Part shown: piece after piece, positions 59,742-64,000 of the stretch
Layout of the letters: the number at the start of each line of letters is the position of its first letter
How positions within the stretch are numbered: the stretch's first letter is position 1
Program-made: the position numbers and the translations under genes
The notes under the pieces: generated by a model
Database searches by the model: none
Seen by the model: only the letters and a program-made list of their open reading frames with translations
Told to the model about the DNA's origin: nothing
Source of the DNA: Lysobacterales bacterium
GTDB lineage: Bacteria > Pseudomonadota > Gammaproteobacteria > Xanthomonadales > SZUA-5
Length of the DNA stretch: 64,000 nt
NCBI GenBank assembly: GCA_022844165.1
Contig: JALHMH010000021.1
Span: 1 to 64,000, forward strand
Direction of reading: 5' to 3'

Positions 59742-60745
59742 GCCAACGCCCGGCTGATCTGCGCCGATTCGAAACTCGCCATATCTCTTAAGATCGCACA
59801 GGCGGCTTGCAATAGCGGCACCGCCAGTGCCGCACCGCTGCCTTCCCCTAATCGCATGCCCAGATCCAAGAGGGGACGTGCACCCAACGCTTCCAGCACA
59901 AGATCATGTCCAGGCTCGGCGGATCGGTGGGCAAACACCAGCGCCCGGCGGCAATCAGGATCGATGGCACACGCGAACAACGCCGCCGCACTGGCGACAA
60001 AGCCATCCACCAGGACCAGAATGCCTGCCCCGGACGCCGCCTGCATGGCACCGGCCAAAGCGACGATCTCAAAGCCGCCCAATTCCCTTAGCAAGACCAA
60101 AGGATCCCTCTGATCAGCACCGACCCGCGTGATGGCTTGCGAAATCAGCATTGCTTTGCGCTGAATGCCATCGACGTTGAGCCCAGTGCCGGGACCGACA
60201 ACCGCTAGCGCCGGGATGCCCAATAATGTCGCTACCAGCGCGGTCGCTGAGCTGGTATTGCCGATGCCCATTTCGCCGAGCACCAAGAGTCGAGCTTCGC
60301 AACGCGCGACAGCCGCCCTGCCCGCTTCGAATGCCGCGGCTAGTTGGTCGCTGGTCATTGCGGGTGCATCTACGAAGTTCGCTGTGCCAGGTCCACAATG
60401 CGCGTCGACCACATTGGTCATCGGCTCAAGCGCTGATGCCACGCCAACATTCACCACCTCCAGCCGCGCAGAAATCAGCCCTGCGAGCACGTTGATCGCC
60501 GCACCGCCATTGGAGAAATTGCGCACCATCTGCGCGGTGACCGATTGCGGATAGGCGCTCACGCCCGCCGCAGCGATGCCGTGATCTGCGGCGAACACGA
60601 CCACGGCTACCGGATCGAGGTCTGGCCTCAGCGTGCCTTGAAATTCGGCAATATCGACTGCCAATTGCTCTAAACGACCCAAGGATCCAGAGGGCTTGGT
60701 TTTGTTATCAATCGCCGCCAGGGCACGGATGCGCCAACTGCTCAT
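59738..60745 (-). CDS. cobT: Nicotinate-nucleotide-dimethylbenzimidazole phosphoribosyltransferase
   Basis: TKPSGSLGRLE, FAADHG, GEMGIGNT, GGFEI, MRLGEGSGA. Confidence 0.95.
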   Translation of the reverse strand: MSSWRIRALAAIDNKTKPSGSLGRLEQLAVDIAEFQGTLRPDLDPVAVVVFAADHGIAAAGVSAYPQSVTAQMVRNFSNGGAAINVLAGLISARLEVVNVGVASALEPMTNVVDAHCGPGTANFVDAPAMTSDQLAAAFEAGRAAVARCEARLLVLGEMGIGNTSSATALVATLLGIPALAVVGPGTGLNVDGIQRKAMLISQAITRVGADQRDPLVLLRELGGFEIVALAGAMQAASGAGILVLVDGFVASAAALFACAIDPDCRRALVFAHRSAEPGHDLVLEALGARPLLDLGMRLGEGSGAALAVPLLQAACAILRDMASFESAQISRALA

Positions 60746-60821
60746 GTTGATCACCGGAACAAACTTCGATCAGCATAACCGGTCGGCTTCTGTTCCGCGC
60801 CAGGCCTGCACTTGGCAACGA

Positions 60822-62801
60822 TCACGGTGGCGCATTTCTGCCTTCTGCCGCAGTCGCAGTGTTGTCAAAGAACCGGTGCGTTGCGGGTGATGAACGCAGG
60901 TTACGAAGGTAGTCGATCACCTGCGCATTCGGTGGTTCTGGCTTCGGCATGGCCAGATGACGATGCAGCATCGTCTCCATCAGGAACAGATTGGTTTCGC
61001 GGGCGATATCGTCGCGTTGGCGATGGCCTGCGCCATGGTCGATCAAAACCGTCACGTCCTTCTCCGCGAGTTTGGCGCGAGCGGCGTATTCAATGATGCC
61101 GGCGATGCCGACGCGCTCGTCGCTACCGCCGGCGACGATCAAAACCGGGCGGGTCAGACGCTGCACGTTTGCGAGCGGCGATTGCGCACGCAGGCGCTCC
61201 ATATGCGCCTGATCTTCAACGTCGAGCTTCAGCATCTTCAGCCAGTCCGCCATCGGCACGACGCTGTCTAATCGCACTGACTCGGCGTTGCGCAGCACCC
61301 ATTCCAACGTCCAGGCAAAATCCGGCGGTGGCACAAAAGCCACCGCGGCGCGGTAAAGCTCGGGGGCGAAGGTAACGCCCAGGAGTGCTGCGTAACCGCC
61401 GTAGGATGCGCCGACGATCGCGATGCGCTGCGGATCGCCCATGCCGGCGTCGAGCAAAGACCGCACGCCTTCATCGATGTCGCGCTGCACGCGCCCATGA
61501 CCGAAATCGCCACCCGCCGCCACCATGTACGCGTGGCCGTGCCCGGTTGATCCGCGATGGTTAGGCTCGAACACGATCGCGCCGCGGCTGGCGATGAACT
61601 GCGCGAGTCCGTTGTAGATGGGCTGCCAGAGATTCCACGGACCGCCATGCGCTACCACCACCAGCGGCAGTGTTCGAACATCGCCCGGCGGCACACTGAT
61701 GAAGCCGTGCAAACGCATGCCATCGCTGGCGGTCCAGGTATACGGCTGCTTAGTAAGTCGGGCTGGCGACGCGCCACCGCGCTCGTCGATCAGCAGCTCG
61801 GTGCGCAGGGTTTCTGGATCGAACAAATGCCAGCGCGCGAACTGCCGCGCACTGTGCCGCTCCTCGATGAGCCATCGCGATGCGGCGATCTGTGGCCGCA
61901 GAGCGCTGCCGGGAAACGCCTGCTGCAGATGCCGAACGGCGGCCAGATCGCGCGGTTCGATAGCAGCGATCTGCGCGACAGTGCTGCGATATCCGGCGAT
62001 GCGCGGCCGACCGGTTGCATCTACCGCAAGAAAGTCGAGATCCGCCTCGCCGCGGGGATCGCGGGCCAGCAGCGTTTTGCTTCCGCGGCGATCAATGCGC
62101 ACGAGCCGCGCCAATCCAAGCGCGTCGCCCTCGAGCGAGTTGCTGCGCAACAGCAACTCGCCGGCGTCGTCGAAGACAGGCGAGCAACGATGCAGATCGC
62201 CGCAGCGCAAGGTCTCGCGCAGCGAGCCTGCAGAATCGAGTCGATACAGTACCAAAGCCAGATCTTCGATGCGCTGCAACCAGCTCAGCCTGCCTTCCGA
62301 CGCGAGGGCATAGCCGCTGATGCGCCGCGTATCCTCATACAACAGCTCGATTTCGCCGCCGACGGCGTAGCGCTTTAGCTGCCAGCGTTGCGCGCTGTGA
62401 TCGCCGGGCGCGACAACCGTGATCGCCGCGGCGTGCGTCGCATCGACGCGCCACTCACTGCGCTCCTCGAGTTGCGTCAACAGACCAGAACCACTCTGCC
62501 CTGCCACCGCAAGCGCGAAGATCTGCGTCGGCGCTGCAAGCAGCAACCAGCGGCCATCGCGTGTGTAAATCAGCTCTTGAGCGGGCGTGTGCGCCATCGC
62601 GCGGCGGGGCCTGGCTCCGTCCAGCGTTTGCAGCCAGACCGCACGACGGGCGCCCTCTTCGGCCAACCAGGCGACCGACTTTCCATCTGGCGCGATGGTC
62701 GTGGCGGAGATTTCTGCTCGCGCCAGGAATTCGCTGCGCGTCGGCATCGCCATCGCCACGGGCGGCAAACAGCACAGAGCTACAGCGAGCCAGCGCCTCA
62801 T
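60822..62801 (-). CDS. Secreted S9 (prolyl oligopeptidase/DPP) family peptidase
   Basis: Signal peptide; HGGPW, N.RGSTG.G, GASYGGY, catalytic D (SDERV) and H (GAGH). Confidence 0.9.
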   Translation of the reverse strand: MRRWLAVALCCLPPVAMAMPTRSEFLARAEISATTIAPDGKSVAWLAEEGARRAVWLQTLDGARPRRAMAHTPAQELIYTRDGRWLLLAAPTQIFALAVAGQSGSGLLTQLEERSEWRVDATHAAAITVVAPGDHSAQRWQLKRYAVGGEIELLYEDTRRISGYALASEGRLSWLQRIEDLALVLYRLDSAGSLRETLRCGDLHRCSPVFDDAGELLLRSNSLEGDALGLARLVRIDRRGSKTLLARDPRGEADLDFLAVDATGRPRIAGYRSTVAQIAAIEPRDLAAVRHLQQAFPGSALRPQIAASRWLIEERHSARQFARWHLFDPETLRTELLIDERGGASPARLTKQPYTWTASDGMRLHGFISVPPGDVRTLPLVVVAHGGPWNLWQPIYNGLAQFIASRGAIVFEPNHRGSTGHGHAYMVAAGGDFGHGRVQRDIDEGVRSLLDAGMGDPQRIAIVGASYGGYAALLGVTFAPELYRAAVAFVPPPDFAWTLEWVLRNAESVRLDSVVPMADWLKMLKLDVEDQAHMERLRAQSPLANVQRLTRPVLIVAGGSDERVGIAGIIEYAARAKLAEKDVTVLIDHGAGHRQRDDIARETNLFLMETMLHRHLAMPKPEPPNAQVIDYLRNLRSSPATHRFFDNTATAAEGRNAPP

Positions 62802-64000
62802 GATTGCGCCTCGCGATCCAGTTCGATCAGCCAGAAGGCCGCCAACATTGGCAAGCCGAAGAGGCCGCTTGCCACGATCCAGGGCCAACGTCGCAGTCCG
62901 TCAACGGTCCGCAATCGCCACAGCGTCGACAGCGTGGCGATCAGCCCTAGTACGATCGCCAATGCCCAGACGGCACGCGGCGCGAGCGCAGGCGCGGCAA
63001 GCTCCAACGTTGAGGCATCTGCAAACAGATGCTTTGCGTATTTACGAACGGCGTGGAGACCAGGCGAAATCCACACCGCCTGATAGCGATAGAGCCAAAC
63101 GTGGTCATACGACAACGCGCGCCGCCCGATCTCATCCGCCGAACCATCGCTGCGCAGGACATGCGCCGTTTGGAATGGCGGCGTGCGATTCGCGTCATTG
63201 GAAAGATGTCCGAAGGTAGCGACGATCAAATGCCCGTCGACTAACTCGATCAGATCCAGGTTGCTCAGGTCGCCATAACGCCCCGGCAACGGCAAGCGCG
63301 CGCGTGGCGCCACCACATCACGCGTGGCGACAAACGGCCGCGCGTCGAAAATGTACAACGCGCGATCGCTGAGCGCCGCGTAGGCCTCGCCGATGGGCGC
63401 CAGCGACACCAGCGGTTCGTCGCCCAGATCGACGCGCTGACGGACCTGCTGCGACTCGCTCTCATAGTGATAGACGCGGCCGCGCGCGATCAGCACCGCA
63501 TCGCCATCGCGCATGCCCGGCAAGCGGCCGAACAGCAACGGTGGATGCGGGAACTTCAAGCTAAGCGTCGCGGCGTCAGCGCCGTCGCGGATGCGATATC
63601 CGTGCAGTTGCCCATCGTCATGGCTGAACACATAGCGCACGCCTAAGCGCTGGTCATCAAATTCCATCGGCCTGACGTTGGCCAATTCAAACCACTGCGG
63701 CAACCGCGATAACCCCGAGCCAACCGACGTTGGTTCGGACAACTTCACTTGCTCAGCCAAGAGCGGTGCATCGGCATGGCGACTGGCTGCAAGCACTGCG
63801 AGCATGCGTTCTTGTTTGGTGGCCTTGACCATTTCGATACGTCCGCCGGGCGGAGGCACGGAGTTGTTCGGGTGCGTGCCCCAGGCGATCCAGATCAGTT
63901 CAATCGCGGCAAAAGCGATCAGCGCAAGAAAATACGTGGCCATCGCCAGCGGTAGCGCAATCGCCGGTATGCCTGCCGTGCGCGGCGATCCTCGATTGGC
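62798..64000 (-). CDS. Membrane protein, 5'-truncated by the window edge (possible ABC permease-like)
   Basis: Frame open to position 64000; TM helices flank a large soluble domain; ATGA overlap with the S9 peptidase. Confidence 0.6.
   Translation of the reverse strand, partial: ANRGSPRTAGIPAIALPLAMATYFLALIAFAAIELIWIAWGTHPNNSVPPPGGRIEMVKATKQERMLAVLAASRHADAPLLAEQVKLSEPTSVGSGLSRLPQWFELANVRPMEFDDQRLGVRYVFSHDDGQLHGYRIRDGADAATLSLKFPHPPLLFGRLPGMRDGDAVLIARGRVYHYESESQQVRQRVDLGDEPLVSLAPIGEAYAALSDRALYIFDARPFVATRDVVAPRARLPLPGRYGDLSNLDLIELVDGHLIVATFGHLSNDANRTPPFQTAHVLRSDGSADEIGRRALSYDHVWLYRYQAVWISPGLHAVRKYAKHLFADASTLELAAPALAPRAVWALAIVLGLIATLSTLWRLRTVDGLRRWPWIVASGLFGLPMLAAFWLIELDREAQS

Noticed and set aside
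60746-60830. Cobalamin riboswitch upstream of cobT
   Set aside because: The gap is too short and no B12-box consensus is recognisable
60822-64000. Apparent higher GC as a sign of horizontal transfer
   Set aside because: An impression from a few lines only; no integrase, tRNA or flanking direct repeats

Overview
This is a gene-dense, roughly 60% GC bacterial chromosomal window. The gene set (ankyrin membrane protein, EF-G paralog, corC-DUF4105, split pntA, C-terminal GFE-tagged secreted proteins) suggests a Xanthomonadales/Lysobacterales gammaproteobacterium; this is an inference. Housekeeping genes include corC, prfA, mutS, ltaE, a fusA paralog, mutY, ftsY, rsmD, coaD, pntAA/AB/B, yajC-secD-secF and cobT-cobS. 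Accessory loci include a 7-gene CoA-dependent catabolic operon led by a HapK/RedY-like protein, a yceI-cyt b561-yceI cluster, a membrane CheA-like kinase/CheY/CheX module, a ~2300-aa secreted Ig/beta-helix protein coupled to an FHA-GGDEF cyclase, a second sensor diguanylate cyclase, and M28 and S9 peptidases. No rRNA, tRNA, CRISPR array, transposase or phage gene was seen. Three families of small non-coding repeats fill intergenic spaces: a modular hairpin element, a ~150-bp MITE-like element and a REP doublet. The best leads are a shared C-terminal D-x-[ILV]-[FL]-x-x-G-F-E tag on unrelated secreted proteins, a CheW-less receptor-fused CheA system, an Lnb-like protein in the lnt position, and the orphan catabolic operon. 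All calls come from reading motifs by eye; no database searches were run.
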